Shown here: positions 1-9,162 of the stretch, piece after piece
Layout: every line of letters starts with the position of its first letter
How positions within the stretch are numbered: position 1 is the first letter of the stretch
NCBI GenBank assembly: GCA_038279365.1
Contig: JAYODI010000021.1
Location: forward strand, 1-57,530
Origin: Candidatus Latescibacterota bacterium
GTDB taxonomy: Bacteria; Latescibacterota; UBA2968
DNA length: 57,530 bases
Reading direction: 5' to 3'
Translations under genes and position numbers: made by a program
The notes under the pieces: model-generated
The model's database searches: none
Told to the model about the DNA's origin: nothing
Seen by the model: only the letters and a program-made list of their open reading frames with translations

Positions 1-366
1 TATTATCGGCAACAAAACGATCTCCTCTTGGCACAAAAAGCCTATGAAAATGCGCTTAAACATGACCCCCATAATGCCCGATACCTCAATGGGTTGGGCA
101 TTTTTTATCATAAAAAAAATGACACAAAGCACGCTTTAGCGTATTTTAGACAGGCACTTGAACAGAACTCCAAACTGCCTGCTGTTCAGGCCAATATTGG
201 GGATATCTTTTTTCAACACAGCCAATATGATTCTGCTCAATATTATTACGAACAGGCCATTAAAAATGGCTTAACAGATATTCAATTATACCATAACTTA
301 GGCAACACCTATCAAGCCTTAGGAGATATGGAACAAGCCCAAAAATGGTTTGACCGATCTCGATAA
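1..366 (+). CDS. TPR-repeat protein, C-terminal part (5'-truncated by window edge)
   Basis: Frame is open from base 1 to TAA at 364-366. Repeated TPR-like units (A..AY..AL..DP.NA..LNGLG; YHNLGNTYQALGDMEQA). Confidence 0.8.
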   Translation, partial: YYRQQNDLLLAQKAYENALKHDPHNARYLNGLGIFYHKKNDTKHALAYFRQALEQNSKLPAVQANIGDIFFQHSQYDSAQYYYEQAIKNGLTDIQLYHNLGNTYQALGDMEQAQKWFDRSR

Positions 367-414
367 ATAAAAAGCAGGTGATCAACCTCTGCATATTTTC
401 AACGGGGACACCTC

Positions 415-1197
415 CTGAAAAACAAAATCTACTTTATTTCTGATGCCCATTTGGGTTCACCCATTATGCGGCGGTCAGAAAAAGAAAAAGAAGATGCCCT
501 GATCGACTTTTTCCGTGTCATTCAAACCGATGCAGAAGCACTTTACATTGTTGGCGATTTGTTTGATTTTTGGTTTGAATATCGATCTGCAATCTCATCG
601 ACCTCTGCACGTGTCATTTGTGAGCTTTATGTGCTCATTCAGGCAGGTGTGCGGGTTGTTTATATACCGGGCAATCACGACCTTTGGCCAGGGCATTATT
701 TTTCTGAGCAATTGGGTGTTGAATTGCCTGGCGACCCTGTTTCGGTTATTCATCAGGGCAAACGCCTTCACATTACACACGGCGATGCTTTTCGTACGGA
801 TTGGAAATTTAAACTCAGCCGTTATGTGCTCAAACATCCACTTGCCATCGCACTCTTTCGACTTCTGCATCCCGATTTGGGCAATTGGCTGGCAAAAGCA
901 ACATCCCATTTTTCTGACAAACGCACCAAACGTGGCCATCGCCAAACCATTGAAGAGGCTCATGAGACGTATATGTTGGGCGCTGAAAGAATCATCCATA
1001 CGGGCATTGATATTGTGGTTTGTGGCCATTATCACCATCTTAAAAAAGTCACTGTTCAAGAAGGCGAGCTTGTTATTTTGGGTGACTGGATGCGTTATGA
1101 CAGTTATGCCGTATTGGAAAATGGTGATATTACATTGCATCAATGGCACACCGCGCCAAAAGTTTATCAAGATCCATTAGCAGATTTGCAATCGTAG
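415..1197 (+). CDS. lpxH: UDP-2,3-diacylglucosamine diphosphatase (LpxH-like metallophosphoesterase), probable CTG start
   Basis: Motifs IYFISDAHLG, GDLFDFW, GNHD, HGD and GHYH. The first motif lies upstream of the track's TTG at 451. An in-frame TGA sits at 379-381, and CTG at 415 is preceded by GGGGA. Confidence 0.8.
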   Translation: MKNKIYFISDAHLGSPIMRRSEKEKEDALIDFFRVIQTDAEALYIVGDLFDFWFEYRSAISSTSARVICELYVLIQAGVRVVYIPGNHDLWPGHYFSEQLGVELPGDPVSVIHQGKRLHITHGDAFRTDWKFKLSRYVLKHPLAIALFRLLHPDLGNWLAKATSHFSDKRTKRGHRQTIEEAHETYMLGAERIIHTGIDIVVCGHYHHLKKVTVQEGELVILGDWMRYDSYAVLENGDITLHQWHTAPKVYQDPLADLQS

Positions 1198-1212
1198 CCG
1201 TTGGAGAACACG

Positions 1213-2712
1213 ATGATTCTTAGCATTGACCAAGGCACCACGGGTACTACTGTGCTTATTTTGTCACCCGATGGCGCTATTTTAGGGCGTGGATACTCAG
1301 AGTTTCGCCAAATTTTTCCACAACCTGGTTGGGTATCTCACAACGCAGAAGAGATTTGGGAAACCACACTGAAAGTGATAGCCATTGCCATTGATGATGC
1401 CGATATTCGAGCACAAGATATCAAAGGCATTGGCATTACCAATCAGCGAGAAACCACCGTTTTGTGGGATCGTATCACTGGCAAACCCGTACATGACGCC
1501 ATTGTGTGGCAATGCCGTCGCACCGCGGATTTATGTGACCAATATCGCGCCAAAGGTTTACAAGATACCATTCGCCAAAAAACGGGTTTGGTGATTGATG
1601 CTTATTTTTCAGCCACCAAAATCATATGGTTGCTCAACCATGTGGCCGATTTGCGAACACGTGCACAACGTGGCGAAATTTGTTTTGGTACTATTGACAC
1701 GTTTTTGCTTTACAAGCTCACGGGTGGTGGCACTTTTGCGACCGATTACACCAATGCTTCTCGTACGATGATTTACAATATTCACGATCAAAAATGGGAT
1801 GCTGAATTACTCGAACTTTTTGATATTCCCAAAGCTATTTTGCCCGAAGTGCGTACCTCGTCGGGTGATTTTGGCACAACGATCAACTTAAATGTTTTGC
1901 CTGCAGGTATTCCCATTGGTGGCATTGCCGGTGACCAACAAGCCGCACTTTTTGGGCAACGTGGTGTTCAGGTTGGTGATATCAAAAACACATATGGCAC
2001 GGGGTGTTTTACGCTGTTCCAAACCGGTCTCCAAGCCGTTCCATCTCACCACGGTCTGTTAACCACACTGGCCTGCGATGCACGTGGTCAAGTTTCTTAT
2101 GCTTTAGAAGGATCTGTGTTTAGTGCCGGTTCGGCAGTACAATGGCTGCGTGATGGTTTGGGCATTATTCAAACCGCTGCCGAAACCGAAGCCTTATCCA
2201 CATCTATTTCTGACACGGGTGGGGTTTATTTGGTGCCTGCATTTACGGGTTTGGGGGCGCCTCATTGGGATGCACATGCACGTGGTACCATTGTGGGCAT
2301 AACACGTGGTACGGCCCGTGCCCATCTTGCCCGTGCCGCCTTAGAATCTATTGCTTACCAATCTGCCGATTTGGTAACAGCCATGATCGCCGATGCCCAA
2401 CAACCTGTTACCAGTTTACGCGTAGATGGCGGTGCGGTGGTCAATGATTTTCTCATGCAATTTCAAGCCGATATACTCAATGCACCCGTTATTCGCCCCA
2501 AATACATCGAAACAACGGCATTGGGTGCGGGCATGTTGGCCGGTTTGGCAACAGGTGTTTGGGCACATCCAGATGATTTGTGCAACATCAACCCACCCGA
2601 GCGCACATTTGAGCCTCATATGTCGCAAGACCAACGCGAATCTTTATTGGCCGGATGGCATCAGGCCATTTTAAAAACACGACAACCATCACACGAAGAC
2701 TGTAAAATGTAA
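1213..2712 (+). CDS. glpK: Glycerol kinase
   Basis: Motifs IDQGTTGT, GITNQRETT, WQCRRT, GDQQAALFG, KNTYGTGCF, YALEGS, LRVDGG and ETTALGA. GGAG RBS before ATG 1213. Confidence 0.95.
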   Translation: MILSIDQGTTGTTVLILSPDGAILGRGYSEFRQIFPQPGWVSHNAEEIWETTLKVIAIAIDDADIRAQDIKGIGITNQRETTVLWDRITGKPVHDAIVWQCRRTADLCDQYRAKGLQDTIRQKTGLVIDAYFSATKIIWLLNHVADLRTRAQRGEICFGTIDTFLLYKLTGGGTFATDYTNASRTMIYNIHDQKWDAELLELFDIPKAILPEVRTSSGDFGTTINLNVLPAGIPIGGIAGDQQAALFGQRGVQVGDIKNTYGTGCFTLFQTGLQAVPSHHGLLTTLACDARGQVSYALEGSVFSAGSAVQWLRDGLGIIQTAAETEALSTSISDTGGVYLVPAFTGLGAPHWDAHARGTIVGITRGTARAHLARAALESIAYQSADLVTAMIADAQQPVTSLRVDGGAVVNDFLMQFQADILNAPVIRPKYIETTALGAGMLAGLATGVWAHPDDLCNINPPERTFEPHMSQDQRESLLAGWHQAILKTRQPSHEDCKM

Positions 2713-2769
2713 GAGAACCTTTCGACTCTTTTTTATACTCTTCTCATCTGTTTCTCAAAGGAGAACACT

Positions 2770-3051
2770 ATGGCAAAAGCAAGTGCACGTCACATCCTCG
2801 TTTCATCGGAAGAAATCTGTCAAGAGCTCAAAGAAGAAATTGAATCTGGTGCAGATTTTGCCGCCGTTGCAAAAGAACATTCACAATGTCCTTCTGGCAG
2901 AGATGGTGGCAATTTGGGTGTTTTTGGCCCTGGTCAAATGGTGAAAGAATTTGACGAAGTTGTTTTTGGTGGTGAAGTGGGTGTTGTTCACGGCCCAGTG
3001 AAAACACAATTTGGGTATCACCTCATTGATATTACCACCCGCACAGAATAG
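2770..3051 (+). CDS. ppiC: Parvulin-type peptidyl-prolyl cis-trans isomerase
   Basis: Motifs ASARHILV, HSQCPSGRDGGNLG, GQMVKEFD and GPVKTQFGYHLI. AAGGAG RBS. Confidence 0.93.
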   Translation: MAKASARHILVSSEEICQELKEEIESGADFAAVAKEHSQCPSGRDGGNLGVFGPGQMVKEFDEVVFGGEVGVVHGPVKTQFGYHLIDITTRTE

Positions 3052-3063
3052 TTTTTATCCCCT

Positions 3064-3102
3064 GCGCGGCACCGTTTACAAAAAGCGGTGTCGCGTTTTT
3101 TT
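3064..3102 (+). terminator. Intrinsic terminator after ppiC
   Basis: GCGCGGCACCG / CGGTGTCGCGT stem followed by a T run. Confidence 0.8.
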
Positions 3103-3142
3103 ATCCGTCATTCCAAACAACGCTTCTGTGGTGAATATTTTT

Positions 3143-4228
3143 ATGTCTACCGAACCTTATTTGTTACCGCCACAAATGATCATACCGCCCACCGAATCTT
3201 ATGCAGATCAACACCGCATGTTTCAGGGTATTCCAGGCATTGAACGCGCACCCAACGGTCGTTTCTGGGCCACGTGGTATGGTGGGGGAACTGGGGAAGA
3301 TGGTCACAATTACATTTTACTTGCAACAAGCACCCAAGCAGAGGTTTGGCCTTCTGCTGCGATGATTCTTGATCATCCTGACGGAGGGCTTGTACGTGCC
3401 TATGACCCATGTTTGTGGCACGATCCTCAAGGCAAATTGTGGCTTTTTTGGGCGCAAGGATACGCAAAACACACAGATGAACGCAGTGGGGTATGGGCCA
3501 TTGTGACTGAAAATTCAGATGCTGAAAACCCTATTTGGTCTACGCCCACACGTATTTGCGACGGCATTATGATGAACAAACCCATTGTTTTGCAATCTGG
3601 TGATTGGTTGTTGCCTGTGGCCAGATGGTTTCAAGAAGGCAGTGCAGGTGTTGTTTCAACATCTGACCAAGGCAAAACATGGTCTTTTTTGGGGCAAGCC
3701 AATGTGCCTCAAAAAGAAGATCGCAGTTGTGATGAACATATGATTGTTGAACGCAACGATGGCTCTCTTTGGATGCTTGTGCGTACCAAATACGGAATTG
3801 GAGAAAGTGTTTCAAATGACCAAGGCAAAACGTGGTCGCCGGTGGTAGCCTCTTCTATTCAACACACCGTTTCGCGTTTTTTTATTCGCCGTCTTCGTTC
3901 GGGGCATTTGCTCTTGGTAAAACACGGTGCCATTGATGAACAAACAAAACGTTCTCATCTGACAGCATTTCTGTCTCAAGACGACGGCAAGGCGTGGCGA
4001 GGAGGTTTGCTTCTTGATGAACGGCTCCATGTTTCTTACCCCGATGCCGTAGAAGCACCCGATGGTACAATCACACTTGTTTATGATTATGATCGCAAAG
4101 GCGACAAAAAAATTCTTCTCTCACAATTTGTTGAAGCTGATATTCTAAAAGGTGTCTGTGTTTCTGAGCAAGCCAAATTACAAATATTGGTTAACCAAGC
4201 ATTTGGAAAAAATAGCAATGCCACATAA
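3143..4228 (+). CDS. Sialidase-like / BNR (Asp-box) repeat beta-propeller protein
   Basis: Asp-boxes STSDQGKTW, SNDQGKTW and SQDDGKAW, plus a VSYPD motif. Start placed at ATG 3143, after the terminator. No obvious signal peptide. Confidence 0.8.
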   Translation: MSTEPYLLPPQMIIPPTESYADQHRMFQGIPGIERAPNGRFWATWYGGGTGEDGHNYILLATSTQAEVWPSAAMILDHPDGGLVRAYDPCLWHDPQGKLWLFWAQGYAKHTDERSGVWAIVTENSDAENPIWSTPTRICDGIMMNKPIVLQSGDWLLPVARWFQEGSAGVVSTSDQGKTWSFLGQANVPQKEDRSCDEHMIVERNDGSLWMLVRTKYGIGESVSNDQGKTWSPVVASSIQHTVSRFFIRRLRSGHLLLVKHGAIDEQTKRSHLTAFLSQDDGKAWRGGLLLDERLHVSYPDAVEAPDGTITLVYDYDRKGDKKILLSQFVEADILKGVCVSEQAKLQILVNQAFGKNSNAT

Positions 4229-4272
4229 ACCCCTATGATCACTCCATCAACATCCAAAGGAAATAAAACATC

Positions 4273-5274
4273 ATGAAAGCAAACGCGGTTGTTTTCACCG
4301 CACCCAACACCGTTGTTTATCAAGAAGTCGATTGCCCAGATCCAGAACCCAATCAAGTGGTTGTGCGGGTTACGCATTCTTGGATTAGCAATGGTACTGA
4401 AGGTTCATTTTTGCGTGGTGAACGCATTGATGGCGATACCGCTTATCGAGAAGGCGATCCGTGGCCCTTTCCTATTGTTGCAGGATATCAAAAGATTGGT
4501 GTGGTTGAATGGGTGGGTGAGCAAATAGAAGATCTTGAAGTGGGTGAAACGGTTTTTGCAACAATGGGTGCGGTCAATGGTATGTTTAAACCACGTGGGG
4601 GGCAAATTTCACCTTCTATTGGTGGGCGTGAAGGCATTTGGAAATTGCCCACAGGCATAGATCCACTCGCTTTTTCGGGTATGGTTCTCACACAAGTCGG
4701 GTATAACTGTGGGGCACGCCCACGCATTGATGTGGGCGAAGGGGCGGTTGTGATTGGCGATGGGATGGTGGGACATTGGGCCGCGCAAACATTGGCTTGG
4801 CGGGGGGCACATGTGGTGCTTGTTGGTCGTCACGATGATCGACTTGCCAAATTTAAGACCAGCCCCACTTGTCACACTGTAAATGCCAAAAAAGAGAATT
4901 GGCAAGATGCTGTGCGCGATCTTTTGCCCAAAGGTGCACAAGTGGGCGTAGATACCGTTGGCTCTGTAGCAGTTATGACCGATTTGATGGCCATTATGAA
5001 ACGCTTTGGTCATCTTGTGTCGGCGGGCTTTTATGGCACAGAAGACACTATGCCCTTGCAACCACCACGCTACAAAGAGCTCTCCATAGACCTTGTTTCG
5101 GGATGGTGGCCAGATCGTATGACAAACACGCTCGATCTGATTGCCGCAGGTCATTTAGATACCTTGTCACTCATCACACACCGTTTTCCTGTTGCACAAG
5201 CTGCCGATGCTTGGGCACTTATAGAATCCAAACGCGAACCTGTTTTGGGCGTCATTTTAGATTGGCCCACGTGA
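4273..5274 (+). CDS. MDR-family (zinc-binding ADH-like) oxidoreductase
   Basis: GroES-like N-terminus, GDGMVG nucleotide-binding motif and C-terminal LITHRFP. It has ISNGTE/GYQ in place of the catalytic C/GHE. Confidence 0.85.
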   Translation: MKANAVVFTAPNTVVYQEVDCPDPEPNQVVVRVTHSWISNGTEGSFLRGERIDGDTAYREGDPWPFPIVAGYQKIGVVEWVGEQIEDLEVGETVFATMGAVNGMFKPRGGQISPSIGGREGIWKLPTGIDPLAFSGMVLTQVGYNCGARPRIDVGEGAVVIGDGMVGHWAAQTLAWRGAHVVLVGRHDDRLAKFKTSPTCHTVNAKKENWQDAVRDLLPKGAQVGVDTVGSVAVMTDLMAIMKRFGHLVSAGFYGTEDTMPLQPPRYKELSIDLVSGWWPDRMTNTLDLIAAGHLDTLSLITHRFPVAQAADAWALIESKREPVLGVILDWPT

Positions 5275-5310
5275 TACGTTATTCAAATCATCTTTGATTG
5301 TGAGATTGTT

Positions 5311-6276
5311 ATGAAAATTCTTCAATACGATGCACCAGGCAACCCTGTCCTGAAAGATGTGCCCACACCCGAGCCAGAAGCTCACCAGGTGCTTATTAAA
5401 GTATTGGGCATCACCACTTGCCCACATTGGGATATTCATATTATGGATGGCGTAGAAATGTTGCCTGGCTTGGCACTCACCTATCCTTATACGGCAGGTC
5501 AGCCTGGCCATGAAGCGATGGGCGAAGTGGTTAAGGTGGGTTCTCAGGTAACAGAATTTGAACCGGGTATGCGTGTTGCTGCTTGGCGCGACCAGGGCCA
5601 AAACCGCACAGGTGCTTATGCCCAATATGCTGTGTTTGATGCCGACAGCCTCTTGCAAACGCCCACGCTTGTGCCAGAGCGCATTGCATCACTTGAGCTG
5701 GCCATGTGTCTTCAAGTTTCTTTTGATCGCCTCATAAAGACAGATTGTGTAGAAAACAAACGCTTTGGTGTGAGTGGGCTTGGTCCTGCTGGCCTTATTG
5801 CTATCCAAATGGCGCGTGCCTATGGTGCGCGTGAGGTGGTTGCATTTGACCCGATGTCCGAACGCCGCGAAATGGCCGAGATGCTTGGTGCTGATCAAGT
5901 GTATGCACCTCAAGCGGATCTTTTTCCTGAAGGTCGTTTTACCGAGCAGGCTTTAGATACGGCTTTAGATTGTACGGGGCTCAAAGTGTCTATTGAATAT
6001 CTCATGGCGCGCACACGTGAAACGGTTTCTATTTTTGGTGTTTTGCGCGAAGAAGTTTCATTTGGCCCCAAAAACTGGAATCGAAACTTCACGCTTATGG
6101 GCTATGGCATGCACAACAAAGATGCCGCCAAACGCGCGTTGCATCTCATTGTGACTGGCGCTGTCAACTTATCGCCACTTGTTACCCACAGTCTGCCACT
6201 TTCTCGCTATAGAGAAGGTGTTGATCTTTTGCGAAAAAAAGAAGCCATCAAAATTTGCTTTGATCCTTGGGCTTAA
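5311..6276 (+). CDS. Zinc-binding dehydrogenase (MDR family)
   Basis: Motifs TTCPHWD, PGHEAMG, GLGPAG and LVTHSLPL. Confidence 0.85.
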   Translation: MKILQYDAPGNPVLKDVPTPEPEAHQVLIKVLGITTCPHWDIHIMDGVEMLPGLALTYPYTAGQPGHEAMGEVVKVGSQVTEFEPGMRVAAWRDQGQNRTGAYAQYAVFDADSLLQTPTLVPERIASLELAMCLQVSFDRLIKTDCVENKRFGVSGLGPAGLIAIQMARAYGAREVVAFDPMSERREMAEMLGADQVYAPQADLFPEGRFTEQALDTALDCTGLKVSIEYLMARTRETVSIFGVLREEVSFGPKNWNRNFTLMGYGMHNKDAAKRALHLIVTGAVNLSPLVTHSLPLSRYREGVDLLRKKEAIKICFDPWA

Positions 6277-6297
6277 TCTTGTTATAAGGAGCAACTC

Positions 6298-6750
6298 ATG
6301 AGAATGTTAAGCGTCTTAATTTGTACACTCACACTGATCGCTTGTGGCAACCAAGATTCAGGTGTTCCCGATCAACCACCCGAAGCACCCACACAGCTTA
6401 CCGATGCACAATACACCCAAGTCGGCAATGGTCTCAAATATTACGATCTCAAAGTCGGCACGGGTGCAGAAGCACAAACTGGCAAACAGGTCACAGTACA
6501 TTACTCAGGCTGGCTTACGTCTGGTAAACTGTTTGACAGTTCTATTATCAAAAAACGTCCCTTTTCACTGCCGTTAGGAGGCGGGCAAGTCATCAAAGGT
6601 TGGGACGAGGGTATTGTGGGTATGCGTGTGGGGGGGCACAGACAATTGGCCATTCCGCCCGATCTTGCATATGGCCCCGGTGGTTATGCGGGTATCATTC
6701 CTCCCAATGCCACACTCATTTTTGAAATCTATCTTTTAGAAGTCAAATAA
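6298..6750 (+). CDS. FKBP-type PPIase, lipoprotein
   Basis: Lipobox LIAC. Motifs VTVHYSGWL, FDSS, VIKGWDEG and IPPNATLIFEI. AAGGAG RBS. Confidence 0.92.
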   Translation: MRMLSVLICTLTLIACGNQDSGVPDQPPEAPTQLTDAQYTQVGNGLKYYDLKVGTGAEAQTGKQVTVHYSGWLTSGKLFDSSIIKKRPFSLPLGGGQVIKGWDEGIVGMRVGGHRQLAIPPDLAYGPGGYAGIIPPNATLIFEIYLLEVK

Positions 6751-6768
6751 TTTTAATAAAGGAATCTC

Positions 6769-7209
6769 ATGAAAAAATATCTGTTCCTTTGTCTTTTTAT
6801 TTTCACAAGCTGTGGCAAAACCATTGACAGTCCGATACAGGACATGCCCCAACAGATTTCATCCACCCAATATTCGACCACCACCCGTGGGGTTTTGGTA
6901 CATGACATCAAAGTTGGCACGGGTAATGTCACACAACCTGGCCGTTTGCTAACGGTGCATTATGCGGGCTGGTTAGATTCGGGGCTCAAATTTGATAGCT
7001 CAGTAGATCGCAAAGAAACGTTTCAGTTTGTCATTGGTGTTGGGCAAGTCATTCCAGGATGGGATGAAGGTGTGAGTGGTATGCGCGTAGGTGGGCATAG
7101 GCAAATCATTATTCCGCCCGAATTGGCCTATGGTGCCAATGGCTCAGGAGGTGTTATTCCGCCCAATGCCACGCTTATTTTTGAAATTGAATTGATTAAG
7201 GTTCAATAG
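6769..7209 (+). CDS. FKBP-type PPIase, lipoprotein (tandem paralog)
   Basis: Lipobox FTSC. Motifs TVHYAGWL, FDSS, VIPGWDEG and IPPNATLIFEI. Confidence 0.92.
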   Translation: MKKYLFLCLFIFTSCGKTIDSPIQDMPQQISSTQYSTTTRGVLVHDIKVGTGNVTQPGRLLTVHYAGWLDSGLKFDSSVDRKETFQFVIGVGQVIPGWDEGVSGMRVGGHRQIIIPPELAYGANGSGGVIPPNATLIFEIELIKVQ

Positions 7210-7230
7210 CCCAAGTGACTTATATCTACT

Positions 7231-7268
7231 AAAAAAAGAGCCACGATTTCAAAATCGTGGCTCTTTTT
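7231..7268. terminator. Bidirectional intrinsic terminator
   Basis: AAAAAGAGCCACGATTT / AAATCGTGGCTCTTTTT inverted repeat between convergent genes. Confidence 0.85.
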
Positions 7269-7295
7269 ATTTTGGGTTAGGAATTATATTTCTCA

Positions 7296-8480
7296 TTAAC
7301 TCACTGTATTATGATACGCCAAGTTTGCTTTGGCAATTTCATCTTGGGCATCTATTTTCAAAATTTCACCATAGTATTTTTTGGCTGTTACCACGTCATT
7401 TTTTAATTCGGAAATGGTTGCCAAACAATGGCGTACTGCAATGTGGTTCACATGTGCCTCTAAAATATGTGTTAATAACAGTTCACAATCATCTATATAA
7501 TCAGGATATTCAATGGGTGTTGCTTTTGATTGACCTGATTGTTGTGCCAAAACCACCAAGCTCATGAGCGGGTTGACACTTCCTGCCATACGGCTCAAAG
7601 TTCCCCGTTTGGCATTGAGTTTCATTTTTTCAGGAATTTCGGGCAGTCCCAAAATAATGGCTTCACCCAATGCTTCCACGGCTTCATCTGTTTTTCCCAT
7701 TTCCATTAAAATTTGTCCACGGTTATAATGTACCGCAGGATTTTCAGGTACGAGTTGTATCAGTAGGTCGTAAATTTTTTGCTCTGTCTCACGATCATCA
7801 TGCGTTGCCAATTGTTCTGCTTGGTCATACAGTTTGGCCAACTCCTCTTGTGCATGTGCAACCAAGCGTTCACCATCTTTCAAGTGATAATGGGGTACTG
7901 TAAGGATATGGTGTCCTTTTTTGTCCTGTGTAAACAGGGGTGTTTTTACAGTGTGAAGGATATTTTCTCGGTCCAGATCGGCAACAATTTTGGTTAAAAA
8001 AGCAGGAGAACGCGTTTGAAAAATCGGTTTCCAATGATTCAATTCATGTGAATCGGCAACTTCCCAGACATCCAATAATAAAAATAATTTTAAGATGGCT
8101 TTTAATTCTGCAATCGTTTCATAAAAAAAGGAAAATCGGTAGGCATCATTTTCATAAAAATGAACCAACCAGTGTCGGTATTCTTTTTGAATGACCCAGG
8201 CATCACCGATACAATTTCGCACCGTCAGCAAAGACCAAAGCGGCCATTCGGTATTTACGTGTGCCAGAGCTTGCTCTATTGTCACATCTGTCTCATCATC
8301 GTCTTGATATGCCCACTGTACATGATTCATCAGGTCGCTTAAAATCAATGCACGTTTTTCCATTTCGCGCATTGCAATATCCAAATAAGAAGCGCTATAT
8401 TGTTCCTTATCAACGGTGAGTACACGCACCAATGCGACATCATCTAATGCCGCACATTCTTGGACGATAGCCTGATTCAT
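7296..8480 (-). CDS. Hypothetical protein with TPR repeats
   Basis: TPR-like PENPAVHYNRGQILMEMGKTDEAVEAL and a C-terminal TPR. AGGAG RBS before ATG 8480. Confidence 0.75.
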   Translation of the reverse strand: MNQAIVQECAALDDVALVRVLTVDKEQYSASYLDIAMREMEKRALILSDLMNHVQWAYQDDDETDVTIEQALAHVNTEWPLWSLLTVRNCIGDAWVIQKEYRHWLVHFYENDAYRFSFFYETIAELKAILKLFLLLDVWEVADSHELNHWKPIFQTRSPAFLTKIVADLDRENILHTVKTPLFTQDKKGHHILTVPHYHLKDGERLVAHAQEELAKLYDQAEQLATHDDRETEQKIYDLLIQLVPENPAVHYNRGQILMEMGKTDEAVEALGEAIILGLPEIPEKMKLNAKRGTLSRMAGSVNPLMSLVVLAQQSGQSKATPIEYPDYIDDCELLLTHILEAHVNHIAVRHCLATISELKNDVVTAKKYYGEILKIDAQDEIAKANLAYHNTVS

Positions 8481-8624
8481 AAAAAATGCTCCTAAAAATG
8501 CCATTTTGTCGCGCACGAATGGCTGATATTGGCCGAAATGTTTTGGCTTTCTTCCTACGCAATACCATGCCCAAAACGTAAAGGCCAAAGCCCAACAGCG
8601 TCTTCATATTCTTGATTCAGAACC

Positions 8625-8849
8625 TTACCGATGATAAGCCCGCAAGGACAACCGACGACGTGGGCGCTCTATGGTTTCTTGTTTGGGTGTGCTTATTAAA
8701 TCATCACCAGATAAAACATGCATTGCCCTTTTGACCCGACTTACCACCCACCACACCACAATACCGATCACACCCATCACCATTCCAATACTGCGCCCGC
8801 TTGTGTTTTCAAGTGCGTGCATCAAACTGTCTATCCAATTTTCTATCAT
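8625..8849 (-). CDS. Small single-pass membrane protein (74 aa)
   Basis: Hydrophobic stretch IGMVMGVIGIVVWWVV followed by a basic tail. AAGGT upstream of the ATG. Confidence 0.55.
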   Translation of the reverse strand: MIENWIDSLMHALENTSGRSIGMVMGVIGIVVWWVVSRVKRAMHVLSGDDLISTPKQETIERPRRRLSLRAYHR

Positions 8850-9162
8850 TTAAAAACCTTTCTGATATACCCTTTTCAGATCCCAAACAATATTCTATCA
8901 CTTTGGCTATTTGTCAAAGCGTTCTTACTTATTTTGAACAACAAAATTCTCTCTTGATATACAAGTAAATACATTTTAAGTTATTTATTATTAAGTGAGT
9001 TGGGTTTTGTGGGGCCGTTGTATCCAAAGCAGTTTATTTCTGTTTTTATCATTCTAACAAGCAAATCACATACTTTTTATTTTTATGTCATACACGTATA
9101 TTTGAAAAAGTCTGATCAAATACCGATCATATTTGGCAACAAACGATAGAAGAGGAATGGAT

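Noticed and set aside
515..1180. Long alternative-frame and antisense ORFs here and elsewhere (e.g. 14662-15282, 15325-16041, 20022-20576, 43915-44589)
   Set aside because: They are contained in or overlap well-supported genes and have no motifs, so they are shadow ORFs.
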